A stretch of 64,000 nt of DNA from assembly GCA_035758565.1 (NCBI GenBank), contig DASTXL010000002.1:275118-339117 (forward strand), written 5' to 3'. Position 1 is the first letter of the stretch, and the number at the start of each line of letters is the position of its first letter. Origin of the DNA: Candidatus Saccharimonadales bacterium. Lineage in GTDB: Bacteria; Patescibacteriota; Saccharimonadia; Saccharimonadales; UBA10212. Shown piece after piece: positions 29,983-38,527 of the stretch. The translations under genes were made by a program, and so were the position numbers. Below the pieces are notes generated by a model that had not been told where the DNA came from, made no database searches, and saw nothing but the letters and a program-made list of their open reading frames with translations.

Positions 29983-31497
29983 ATGATTGTACTTGCTATT
30001 TTGCTAGGAATAGCTGGTCTTGCTATTGGTGGAGGTGGAGGCGTAGCCGTTACTCGCAGGCAACAAGGCAAAGCAGCCGAAGAGGCGGAAAAAGAACTTC
30101 GAAAAGCTAAAAAAGAGGCTGCTGAAACTATTCGCAAAGCCGAAGAAGATGCCGCTCGACGAGTGGAAGAGACTCGAAAAGACGAGCAAAGACGCCGCAA
30201 CGAACTAAAGGATATTGAGCAGCGTCTGCTCAACCGCGAAGAATCACTGGACAAAAAACTGGATGATCTTGATAAGCGTAGCGAGAACCTTCGTAAGGCG
30301 GAGTCTGAAGTCGAAGAACTCAAAAATGAGATTCGCGATATCCGCAGCAAGCAGCAGGATAAATTGGAGAAAATCGCTAAACTCACCAAGACGGAGGCTG
30401 CTGAAAAATTAATGACCATGACCGAACGCGATATTCGCGGTGATCTTTTGAATTTAGTTAATAAATTGCAAAACGAAGCTCGTGATAACGCCGAGGAATT
30501 ATCGGCCATGATTCTAGCGACCACTATGGAGCGTATGGCTAGCGAAGTAACAGCTGAGCGCACAGTTACATCTGTGAAGTTGGAAGACGAAGAAATGAAA
30601 GGCCGAATTATCGGTAAAGAAGGCCGCAATATTCAGGCTTTGCAGCGAGCAACCGGCGTCGACATTATGGTCGACGATACTCCTGGCTATATTGTGCTTT
30701 CTAGTTTTGACCCGGTTCGTCGTGAAGTTGCCCGCTTGAGTCTTGAGATGCTACTAAAGGACGGGCGAGTCCATCCGGGACGCATTGAGGAAGTAGTCGA
30801 AAAAGCTCAAAAGCAGGTCCAAAAAGAAGTAGTTCGCGCTGGCGAAGATGCTGCGCGCGAGGTGGGCTTGGTTGGTATTCCAAAAGAAGTTTTGCAGCTG
30901 GTTGGCGAACTTAAGTATCGTACCAGCTACGGCCAGAACGTACTCAAACACTCGGTTGAGATGGCCCAGCTGGCCGGCGTGTTGGCCGAAGAACTTGGCG
31001 CCAATGTTAAGGTGGCGAAGTATGCCGCGTTAACTCACGATATGGGCAAAGCCTTGAGTCACAAGGTAGAAGGCAAGCACCACCACATTACCGGCGAGAT
31101 GCTGCGTAAATATGGCGCTCCGGAAGAAGTTGCTTTGGCTGCCGAACAACACCACGACGACATGGAAGCAACCAGCGTAGAAGCATTGATTGTCCGGGTG
31201 GTTGACGCTATTAGCGGTGCTCGTCCGGGTGCGCGCAACGTCAGCGCCGAAAACTTCGCAGAGCGCATGAAAGACCTAGAAAACACCGCCCTCTCATTTG
31301 ACGGCATTGAAAAAGCCTACGCTATCAGCGCCGGTCGAGAAGTCCGCGTATTTGTTAGGCCGAAGCAAGTCGATGATCTGACAGCTATCAAGATGGCTCG
31401 TGACATAGCAAACAAGATTGAATCTACCATGCAATATCCTGGCACGATCAAGGTTAACGTTATTCGCGAAACGCGGGCAATCGAATTCGCTAAATAA
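29983..31497 (+). CDS. rny: ribonuclease Y
   Basis: N-terminal TM, coiled coil, KH (GRIIGKEGRNIQAL), HD domain (LTHDMGKA). Confidence 0.9.
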   Translation: MIVLAILLGIAGLAIGGGGGVAVTRRQQGKAAEEAEKELRKAKKEAAETIRKAEEDAARRVEETRKDEQRRRNELKDIEQRLLNREESLDKKLDDLDKRSENLRKAESEVEELKNEIRDIRSKQQDKLEKIAKLTKTEAAEKLMTMTERDIRGDLLNLVNKLQNEARDNAEELSAMILATTMERMASEVTAERTVTSVKLEDEEMKGRIIGKEGRNIQALQRATGVDIMVDDTPGYIVLSSFDPVRREVARLSLEMLLKDGRVHPGRIEEVVEKAQKQVQKEVVRAGEDAAREVGLVGIPKEVLQLVGELKYRTSYGQNVLKHSVEMAQLAGVLAEELGANVKVAKYAALTHDMGKALSHKVEGKHHHITGEMLRKYGAPEEVALAAEQHHDDMEATSVEALIVRVVDAISGARPGARNVSAENFAERMKDLENTALSFDGIEKAYAISAGREVRVFVRPKQVDDLTAIKMARDIANKIESTMQYPGTIKVNVIRETRAIEFAK

Positions 31498-31944
31498 ATG
31501 ATCAAAGCTATTCTGTTCGATAACGACGGGGTAATGTCTAAGTGGTTATTGCCCCGGTTTAGAATGCGGCGGCTGGCTAAGCAGCTTAGGCAAGATGGAA
31601 TCAAGGTTGGCATGCTGTCTAATGTCATCTGGGGGTTTGCGCAAGTTTATAAGTTAACGCGAGGCTATGACGGCTACGATTTAGTACTGCTGTCGTATAA
31701 AGAAAAAATGTCTAAACCCAATCCGGACTTTTATATGCTGGCGGTTAAAAAATTTGGCTTAAAACCTCACGAAATACTTTTTGTCGACAACCGAGAGGAT
31801 CTACTTGTTCCCGCTCAAAAGCTTGGTTTCAAAACCCTGCACTCCAAATCGGCCAGACAACTGCTTGTAGATATCAATCATTTGTTAAGCAAAGAAAATA
31901 AAAGACCGCCTAAAAGACACCCGCATCTAATTGGGCGAGGATAG
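31498..31944 (+). CDS. short HAD-superfamily hydrolase-like protein
   Basis: LFDNDGV motif I, SKPNPD, VDN. Confidence 0.5.
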   Translation: MIKAILFDNDGVMSKWLLPRFRMRRLAKQLRQDGIKVGMLSNVIWGFAQVYKLTRGYDGYDLVLLSYKEKMSKPNPDFYMLAVKKFGLKPHEILFVDNREDLLVPAQKLGFKTLHSKSARQLLVDINHLLSKENKRPPKRHPHLIGRG

Positions 31945-32066
31945 AGGACAACGCTTTCGCTTGCTCCACCGAACCTCCGACTATTGTCAGCTTCGCCGCC
32001 GAGTGGCAGACCGGGCCTTATCTCAAAGATAAAAATAAGCTCACCAAAAGGTGGGCGTATTTTTTA

Positions 32067-32143
32067 TGGTCGGGGATAGAGGACTCGAACCTCCGACCTC
32101 GCGGTCCCAAACCGCGCGCGCTAGCCAACTGCGCCAATCCCCG
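32067..32143 (-). tRNA. tRNA-Pro(UGG)
   Basis: 77-nt cloverleaf, loop TTTGGGA, encoded CCA. Confidence 0.9.
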
Positions 32144-32258
32144 TCGTCGGAATTTGCGGCTTTTCCTCGTTTTGCGGTTCCGCAAAAGCTTCGGTCTAAG
32201 CCTAGATTCCTCCTCTCAATTTAACAAAAATTGCTAAAGCGGATTTTTGTTAAATTGG
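32144..32258 (-). repeat. structured tRNA 5' leader element, copy 4
   Basis: Hairpin, AGAGGAGGA, GGC, CGAAGC-hairpin-CGAGG, GCCGCAAATTCCGACGA. Confidence 0.75.
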
Positions 32259-32300
32259 TTTAAGAACTTGGCAAATTATAGCAAAGAACAGAGGTAATAG

Positions 32301-33155
32301 CTAGTCTAGCAACTTGCCTTTTTTGCCGTCGTTAGTAATTACTCTCCAGTAAAGCGTGGCAGTGAATACAGCGCTTAAAACCTTGGTTACAATCAAGAAG
32401 CCTAAGAACACTACGATTGGCACCAGCCAGCTGGCAAGCCGGGCTCCACCGTTATTTTGAGAATGACTAAGAGCTTTGGGTAGTAAGCTGACGCCGGCTA
32501 AGATCAAAATCAAAAGATAGCTGCCAATTTTTAGAACTAATCCTTCACGCCACGCTTGACCCAACGTTGCTATAGTGTGGCGGACGGTTTCAAATAGATC
32601 CTCTTCGTCTTCGGAGAGAATTGCCGGCGCCAGCTGAGCCATGCTGAGTGAGTACGAACTGCCAACGACGGCCGCGGTGCTTTTAAAAATTTTGTGTTTT
32701 TGGGCCATAACGCCAACCGGTATAAAGACAAAAGGAATAGAAAATATCCCAAAGCGGCTGATCTTGCCTTTATTCTTATATATCAACTTTAGGCCTTGTA
32801 AAAATGGGGTTGGTTGGCCGTCGAGTTCGGCTAGCACAGCGGCGCTTATAAGGCAGGTGAAAAAGGAAATTATAAGTGCGGTGTAAAGAGCAGTAACCAA
32901 GACAGCAATATAGTAAAAGACACTTTTTGTGGCTTGCTCGTCAAATGAGAAGATTGAATGATGGGCTGCTCCGTTGAAGGCGGCTAAGATCAGTGCGTTA
33001 ATCGTCGGTACCGTAACCAGTACTACCAAAAAAACCATAACAGGATAGACGATTATGAAAATATCGCGGCGGAGCGATGACAGTCCCTGGCCACTTATCT
33101 CGCCGGCGTTGCGCACAACTCGAGTTACGTTGGTTCCATTTTTCTTTGAAAACAT
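32301..33155 (-). CDS. hypothetical polytopic membrane protein
   Basis: 284 aa, ~6 TM. Confidence 0.4.
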   Translation of the reverse strand: MFSKKNGTNVTRVVRNAGEISGQGLSSLRRDIFIIVYPVMVFLVVLVTVPTINALILAAFNGAAHHSIFSFDEQATKSVFYYIAVLVTALYTALIISFFTCLISAAVLAELDGQPTPFLQGLKLIYKNKGKISRFGIFSIPFVFIPVGVMAQKHKIFKSTAAVVGSSYSLSMAQLAPAILSEDEEDLFETVRHTIATLGQAWREGLVLKIGSYLLILILAGVSLLPKALSHSQNNGGARLASWLVPIVVFLGFLIVTKVLSAVFTATLYWRVITNDGKKGKLLD

Positions 33156-33213
33156 AGTGCTTAAGTTAGACTAATTCTACCAGCTTTTAGTAAGTTTAAA
33201 AAGAGAGTTCTGC

Positions 33214-33228
33214 TATAATTACCCCTGT
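33214..33228 (+). promoter_or_regulatory. stable-RNA promoter motif TATAATTACCCCTGT (tRNA-Pro CGG)
   Basis: 15-mer identical to 42147-42161; lies 44 nt upstream of the tRNA. Confidence 0.5.
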
Positions 33229-33271
33229 TAGGTCGCCGAAAGACAGCCTACGGTTTCTTTTAGGGCTATAG

Positions 33272-33348
33272 CGGGGTGTGGCGCAGTTGGCTAGCGCGCA
33301 GCGTTCGGGACGCTGAGGTCGGAGGTTCAAGTCCTCTCACCCCGACCA
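33272..33348 (+). tRNA. tRNA-Pro(CGG)
   Basis: 77-nt cloverleaf, loop TTCGGGA, encoded CCA. Confidence 0.9.
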
Positions 33349-33523
33349 ATAAAAGCTGACCAATAAAATTTGGTCAGTTTTTATTTATTGAGAGTACAAC
33401 TTAAACCGATAGGCATGAATAGCCAGTTGGCTGTTCATGTTTTCCTTGCTTGACCGCCTTGCGCAATTGCTTTAGCAATTTTGTCGCAGGCGCATGATAA
33501 CTCAAGTCCTCTCACCCCGACCA
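33349..33523 (+). repeat. tRNA-trailing module: terminator, ~150-nt insert, then 22-nt repeat of the tRNA-Pro(CGG) 3' end
   Basis: tcaagtcctctcaccccgacca at 33327-33348 and 33502-33523. Confidence 0.8.
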
Positions 33524-33569
33524 AATCGTATTCTATTTTTGTTTAGGCAATCGCGATACAATAACGTTA

Positions 33570-34208
33570 ATGCTAAACATTTTTCTTTGCCTTTTAATTC
33601 CTTTTTTAATCTTGGTTCTGGCAGAGTACTTGTGGCGCAAAAAGATCTTGCGTGGTGAACTGCAACGCAAACTAATTCACATAACGACCGGATGCTTTGT
33701 GGCTAGTTGGCCGTGGTTAATAAGTTGGCGCTCAATCTGGATTATTGGCTTGGCAATGGCTATTGTCGTGGCGTTGAACAGGGTGGTCACGGTGCTGCAC
33801 TTTTCAGATCGCATAAACAGAGATAGTTATGGCGATTTATTTTTCGCTTTGACTATTTTCTTCAGTGCTTTATTTATAACTAATAAAACTTATTTTGCGA
33901 TTGCTATTTTAATAATGTCGCTTTCGGACGGCTTAGCTGCCTTGGTGGGTAAAAAATATGGTAAGTCTAACAGCTACAAAATTTTTGATCAAACAAAGTC
34001 GATTGCTGGATCGGCTACCTTCTGGGCGGTGTCTTTAATTATCCTGGCAATTGGTTTATCTGGCCAACACTTAAAGCCGCATGAATATTGGTTGGTCGTG
34101 ATTTTGCTTCCACCGGCGCTAACATTAATAGAAAACACTGTAATACTGGGTCTTGATAATCTCGCAGTGCCGTTAATAGCTCTGCTGGCCTTAAGTTCTC
34201 TGAACTAA
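33570..34208 (+). CDS. polyprenol/dolichol kinase-like (CTP-transferase 1 family) membrane protein
   Basis: SLSDGLAALVGKKYGK motif, ~6 TM. Confidence 0.45.
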   Translation: MLNIFLCLLIPFLILVLAEYLWRKKILRGELQRKLIHITTGCFVASWPWLISWRSIWIIGLAMAIVVALNRVVTVLHFSDRINRDSYGDLFFALTIFFSALFITNKTYFAIAILIMSLSDGLAALVGKKYGKSNSYKIFDQTKSIAGSATFWAVSLIILAIGLSGQHLKPHEYWLVVILLPPALTLIENTVILGLDNLAVPLIALLALSSLN

Positions 34209-34684
34209 GAAGCGCCTATTAAAATGCCGGCTCCAAAGACAATAGCTCCGCCCAACATTACGATGGCAAGTGAACGCCAAAGCGGCGTTTCAAAAAACTT
34301 ATATCGAATGTAGCTAATTACCATCAGCTCTACACCCACGACAACGAAGGCCGTGATAATGGCGGCGTGGAAGTTGTGCAGTAAAAAGGGCAGAGTATGA
34401 AAAATACCTCCCAGGAAGGTCATCAAGCCAATAATAACTCCGCGTCTGAAAGGATGGCCGCGACCGGTTAAAGATCCGTCGTCGCTTAAAGCCTCGGCAA
34501 AAGCCATGCTTATTCCAGCGCCCACAGCAGCGGCTACACCGGTGACGAATGCATAGTGTGGTTTGTGGGTCGCAAAGGCCACGGCAAATATCGGCGCCAG
34601 CGTAGAAACGCTACCATCCATTAGACCGGCCAGGCCAGGCTGGACGGTTTGTAATACAAATTCGTCAGTATGTTTCTTGGCCAT
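34205..34684 (-). CDS. VIT1/CCC1 family iron/manganese transporter-like protein
   Basis: LMDGSVSTLAPIFAVA... Start at MAKKHT, because the longer ORF runs into tRNA-His. Confidence 0.6.
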   Translation of the reverse strand: MAKKHTDEFVLQTVQPGLAGLMDGSVSTLAPIFAVAFATHKPHYAFVTGVAAAVGAGISMAFAEALSDDGSLTGRGHPFRRGVIIGLMTFLGGIFHTLPFLLHNFHAAIITAFVVVGVELMVISYIRYKFFETPLWRSLAIVMLGGAIVFGAGILIGAS

Positions 34685-34695
34685 AATTATAAAAA

Positions 34696-34773
34696 TGGGG
34701 CGAAAGATGGGACTTGAACCCACGGCCTCCGGAGCCACAATCCAGCGCTCTAACCAACTGAGCTACTTCCGCC
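34696..34773 (-). tRNA. tRNA-His(GUG) with encoded G-1
   Basis: Loop TTGTGGC; extra 5' G opposite discriminator C; encoded CCA. Confidence 0.9.
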
Positions 34774-34890
34774 ACGTCCTCCCGTACGCCATTATCTCGT
34801 TTTGCCGCAGTAGCGTCAAAAACTTCGATTTATGGCTGCGGTCGTCCTCTCAATTTTGCAAAATCAGCGTAAGATGATTTTGCAAAATTG
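34774..34890 (-). repeat. structured tRNA 5' leader element, copy 5 (divergent 3' end)
   Basis: Hairpin, AGAGGACGA, GCC, CGAAGT-hairpin-CGAG, GGCGTACGGGAGGACGT. Confidence 0.7.
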
Positions 34891-34959
34891 TAAGAACAGC
34901 CGCTTCTTCTGGCTCCTGCAAAATTTATACCAGGATGATTATAACAGAGACGGGGGGAA

Positions 34960-35154
34960 TTATCGAGGGCGGTTTGAGTAGGCCACAAAATAATAAACAA
35001 TGGCGACGATTGGGTGAATGAACACCATGCCGATGCACCACAAAAACTTTTCGTTATAGGACAATCGAGGATTTCTAAACGCGTCAAAAAACATCCAAAC
35101 TTCAAAGGCGAGAATAAGGACCAGCGCAAAAATAATTAAGCCTAAAAATCTCAT
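34960..35154 (-). CDS. small membrane protein (PLD-nuclease N-terminal-domain-like)
   Basis: 64 aa, 2 TM, FDAF..P motif. Confidence 0.45.
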   Translation of the reverse strand: MRFLGLIIFALVLILAFEVWMFFDAFRNPRLSYNEKFLWCIGMVFIHPIVAIVYYFVAYSNRPR

Positions 35155-35176
35155 AAGCCGGCTATATCATAAGCTC

Positions 35177-35905
35177 TTAGGCTACGGGTACGACTTCGGC
35201 GACAAGCGCCAAGTGATCACTAATAGGAAGTCGGGGAGCTTCCACTCTCCGGAGCCGTAACCTATTTAGGGCAATGTGGTCAATCTGTCTGGTTGGAGCC
35301 CATGACGGATTTGTTGGCGGCCCCTCAATTACGTTAAGACCATGCTCGCTCATGCAGTCACGGGCTTCGGTGAGTTCAATATTGTAATCACCCATCAAAA
35401 TGTGAGGACCGCTACGCTGTAATAAAGCTGTTGCTGCGCGTCCAAGCATTTCGCGATTTTTTCTACCCCCAGTATGAGTTACGCCGACAGATAGCTCGCA
35501 GCCTCGAATTGCCGTCGTGGCCATAATCATATTTCGTGGCTCCGGCAAAAATTCGATGCATTGGCCCATAAGCTTGAATCTTTGCCAATCGCCTTTTAAT
35601 TTCAGTACCTCAACATTTCTAATATCGCCTCTTACCAATAGAGCATTGCCAACTCGACCTTTGCCGCGGTAGGTGCGCGTCTTAGCAAACACGTAGTTCA
35701 TTCCTGTGGCTTCTGCAGCAATTGCCGCCAGATCAATCTTTTTGGAGCGCGGTACGCCTACGTCTACTTCCTGCAGTCCAAGAATATCGGCGTCGAGCTC
35801 TTTACAGGCTGCGGCTACCAAGCCGGGATAACCGCGGCCGTAATCACCTTTTGCTCCATGCTGAATGTTAAAGGAAGCTACTCGGATTGAATCTGCCCCT
35901 GTCAT
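35177..35905 (-). CDS. endonuclease/exonuclease/phosphatase (EEP) family protein
   Basis: SFNIQHG, LGLQEV, SDHLAL motifs. Confidence 0.7.
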   Translation of the reverse strand: MTGADSIRVASFNIQHGAKGDYGRGYPGLVAAACKELDADILGLQEVDVGVPRSKKIDLAAIAAEATGMNYVFAKTRTYRGKGRVGNALLVRGDIRNVEVLKLKGDWQRFKLMGQCIEFLPEPRNMIMATTAIRGCELSVGVTHTGGRKNREMLGRAATALLQRSGPHILMGDYNIELTEARDCMSEHGLNVIEGPPTNPSWAPTRQIDHIALNRLRLRRVEAPRLPISDHLALVAEVVPVA

Positions 35906-35945
35906 GAGGCTATATTATCTAACTTATATGCAAATTAATCAACTG

Positions 35946-36122
35946 TGGTACCCCCCGGCAAGATAGCGCCACGCTTCTCCGCTCACAAATGCTCGGAATA
36001 AATTCCTGCGCGTTTGTTCGCTGCGCCGAACTTGCGACTTGCGTCAGCTGTCGCTGCCGCGTCGCAAAACCGAATCTGTCAGAAGACCATAAAAATAGCC
36101 CAGACAAGCTGGGATATTTTTA
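35946..36122 (-). repeat. tRNA-trailing module behind tRNA-Arg(UCU), ending in a repeat of its 3' end
   Basis: tggtaccccccggcaagat (35946-35964) versus tggtacccccggcaagat (36123-36140); internal gcaagttcg T-arm half at 36027-36035. Confidence 0.8.
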
Positions 36123-36199
36123 TGGTACCCCCGGCAAGATTCGAACTTGCGACCTTGAGCTTAGAAGTCTCCTGCTCTATCCAACTGAGCTACGGGGGC
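36123..36199 (-). tRNA. tRNA-Arg(UCU)
   Basis: 77-nt cloverleaf, loop CTTCTAA. The anticodon stem has only 3 Watson-Crick pairs (27:43 and 31:39 mismatched). Confidence 0.75.
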
Positions 36200-36313
36200 T
36201 CGTCGAAGCTTGCGGCCTTGTCTCGTTTTGCCTGCTCGGCAAAAGCTTCGACCTTGGCCTAGGCTTCTCCTCTAAAATTTGTGAGCAAGACAACTACTTG
36301 CCTCACAAATTTT
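36200..36313 (-). repeat. structured tRNA 5' leader element, copy 6
   Basis: Hairpin with aggcaagtagttgtcttgct apex, AGAGGAGAA, GGCC, CGAAGC-hairpin-CGAG, GGCCGCAAGCTTCGACGA. Confidence 0.75.
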
Positions 36314-36372
36314 GTTGCTACTGACTGGCCTAATGGCCACATCGTCTTCAGCTTATCGCTACTCCTCCTCTA

Positions 36373-36468
36373 CCCCACAAAATAAATTTTGCAGGGAAAC
36401 CCTAGCTCTATAGGAAAAAGAGCAGCGAGCTTGGTTTTGCTTAAGGCAAAACTCGGCTTTGCCGACGA
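36373..36468 (+). repeat. degenerate orphan copy of the leader element (no tRNA follows)
   Basis: ccccacaaaataaattttgcaggg hairpin ... AAGAGCA ... GGTTTTGcttaagGCAAAAC ... GCCGACGA. The opposite strand carries AGAGGAG next to the same hairpin. Confidence 0.4.
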
Positions 36469-36504
36469 GCGATGAGAAAAAACATAGGTTTTGTCTCATA
36501 TTGG

Positions 36505-36579
36505 TGGTGCGGGATGGGGTAGTCGAAACCCCGTCTCAAGTTTGGAAAACTTGCATATTAACCGTTATACGAATCCCGC
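36505..36579 (-). tRNA. tRNA-Gly(UCC)
   Basis: 75-nt cloverleaf, loop TTTCCAA, 4-nt variable loop, encoded CCA. Promoter TATAATCACCTCTGT lies upstream (36593-36607 on the + strand). Confidence 0.85.
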
Positions 36580-36668
36580 GCGTTAGGCGATAACAGAGGT
36601 GATTATAGCAGAATCCATCTGTCACTTAAACTTTTTAGGCGTACAATAAAACTAAAGGGGGATAAAAT

Positions 36669-37004
36669 ATGGATGAAATTTTGGTAGTCACAACAACTAC
36701 TAACGACGTGCCGGGCTATAAGGTAGTAGAGGTTTATGGTGAGGTTTTTGGTTTGATAGTTCGAAGCCGAAACATGTTCAGTAACATTGGTGCTAGCTTT
36801 AGAACAATTTTTGGGGGCGAGGTCAAAGGCTACACAACTTTATTGAGCGACAGCCGCGAGCAAGCCGTCGAGCGTATGCGCGCGAGCGCCGCCGAAAAGG
36901 GCGCTAACGCGGTTATTGGCATGAGCTTTGACACGGCCGATATAGGCGGTGTTATGAGCGAAGTCGCGGCTTACGGTACGGCCGTCAAAATCAAAAAGGT
37001 TTAG
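36669..37004 (+). CDS. YbjQ/UPF0145 family protein
   Basis: 111 aa, GANAVIGMSFD motif. Confidence 0.8.
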   Translation: MDEILVVTTTTNDVPGYKVVEVYGEVFGLIVRSRNMFSNIGASFRTIFGGEVKGYTTLLSDSREQAVERMRASAAEKGANAVIGMSFDTADIGGVMSEVAAYGTAVKIKKV

Positions 37005-38527
37005 GTTTCGTGAACGATGGTAATTTTAGCGCCTAGGCTGTTGAGTCGCTCGGCCAGATCTTCGTACCCTCTGTTTATCGTATAAATGTTGCGCAGCATT
37101 GAGGTACCGCTGGCGGCCATCATGCCAATCAGCACAATGACGGCCGGCCGCAAGCCGCTTGGGGCAACGATGTCTGCGGCGCGCCACCGGGTTGGTCCGT
37201 TGATAAAAATGCGATGCGGGTCGGCTAGTTCCATATCAACGCCAATCTTTTTCATCTCGGTGTACATTAGAGCTCGGTCTTCATAGACCCAGTCATGAAT
37301 CATGGTACGACCTTTAGCCACAGCTGCAATTGGCACAAAGTAAGGCAAGTTATCTATATTGATACCAACGCCGCCGGGCAGGGGATGTAGTTTTTCTTCT
37401 GGAGCGTGCAGTTCGCCATTGTGCTTATAAACTGTAATGTCGGCCAGGTCTGTTTGCCCGTTTTCGGCTTTATAAAATTTACTGACGTCGTACTTTAAGC
37501 CCATATGATGCAGCTTAAGAAGTTCGAGGTCTATGAATTCAATCGGCGCTCGCTTAATAGCTATTTGCGAATTTGTCGCAACCGCAGCTGAGATAAAGGT
37601 GATAGCTTCAACCGGATCCTCGCTCAAAGAATAAGTGACGTTCTTCTTGATGTTTTTAACACCGCGAATTTTCAAGGTAGGCGAACCTATGCCGTCTATT
37701 TTGACGCCCAACTTCTGCAGGTAAAAGCATAAGTCTTGAACCATATAATTGCCGCTGGCGTCTTTAATGATAGTTTCGCCTTCCATTCTAGCGGCCGCTA
37801 GAATAGCGTTCTCGGTTGCTACGTCACTCATTTCGTACATAACAACGGGATTGACAGGCTGTCTTCTATTCACTGTGATTTCGTAATGGCCACTATGAGC
37901 TTCAATGCGTGCGCCGAACTCTTCCAGAGCGTAAATGTGTGGGATTATTGTTCTGCGACCCAGTTCGCAGCCGCCGGCGTAAGGTATTTTAAACTCTTTA
38001 AAGTCATGCATCAGGGCGCCGGCCAGCATGATAACAATGCGTGTTTTGCGAGCGGCTTCTTTATTCATTTTGTCTAAGTTAAGACGCGCTGGTGGTTTTA
38101 TCTCGAGGTCGTTTCCAGGAAGCCATTTTATGTGGACGCCGATACTAGTTAAAACTTCTATAACGCGGTTAACTTCTTCAATCCTAGCCACGCGTTTTAG
38201 GCGAGTTGTGCCTTTGTTTAATAAGCTAGCGCACAATATAGCCACGGCCGCATTTTTTGAGGTTTTAACTTCTATTTCGCCGGAAAGCTCCTGGCCGCCC
38301 TCTATACGAAGGTTTACGGCTCCGCCACCCAAAGAGATTATTTGCTTGTTCAGAACATCGCTGATTCGGCCAACGGTCTCAATGCTCAAGTTTTGCTTGC
38401 CGTGCTCTATGCGGTTGACGGCCGATTGGCTGGTACCTAAACGCCGGGCAAATTCTGCTTGAGTCAGCCCGCGCTCTTGCCTTATTTGTGAAATTAATAA
38501 ACCAATTTGCTCGTTTGTCTGGTGCAT
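37001..38527 (-). CDS. murA: XRE-type HTH domain fused to a UDP-N-acetylglucosamine 1-carboxyvinyltransferase (MurA)-like enzyme
   Basis: N-terminal ~65 aa HTH (GLTQAEFARRLGTSQSAVNRIEHGK). MurA-like body with KTSKNAAV and catalytic-loop GGCELGRR. Confidence 0.8.
   Translation of the reverse strand: MHQTNEQIGLLISQIRQERGLTQAEFARRLGTSQSAVNRIEHGKQNLSIETVGRISDVLNKQIISLGGGAVNLRIEGGQELSGEIEVKTSKNAAVAILCASLLNKGTTRLKRVARIEEVNRVIEVLTSIGVHIKWLPGNDLEIKPPARLNLDKMNKEAARKTRIVIMLAGALMHDFKEFKIPYAGGCELGRRTIIPHIYALEEFGARIEAHSGHYEITVNRRQPVNPVVMYEMSDVATENAILAAARMEGETIIKDASGNYMVQDLCFYLQKLGVKIDGIGSPTLKIRGVKNIKKNVTYSLSEDPVEAITFISAAVATNSQIAIKRAPIEFIDLELLKLHHMGLKYDVSKFYKAENGQTDLADITVYKHNGELHAPEEKLHPLPGGVGINIDNLPYFVPIAAVAKGRTMIHDWVYEDRALMYTEMKKIGVDMELADPHRIFINGPTRWRAADIVAPSGLRPAVIVLIGMMAASGTSMLRNIYTINRGYEDLAERLNSLGAKITIVHET

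Noticed and set aside
34685-34738. N-terminal extension of the VIT-family ORF
   Set aside because: The extension runs across tRNA-His(GUG). An internal ATG at 34684 gives a normal N-terminus.
35919-36324. ORFs 35919-36107(-), 35989-36324(+) and 36014-36262(+). The same applies to ORFs 44911-45157 and 52974-53466.
   Set aside because: They overlap tRNA genes, leaders and trailing modules, and their translations are not protein-like.
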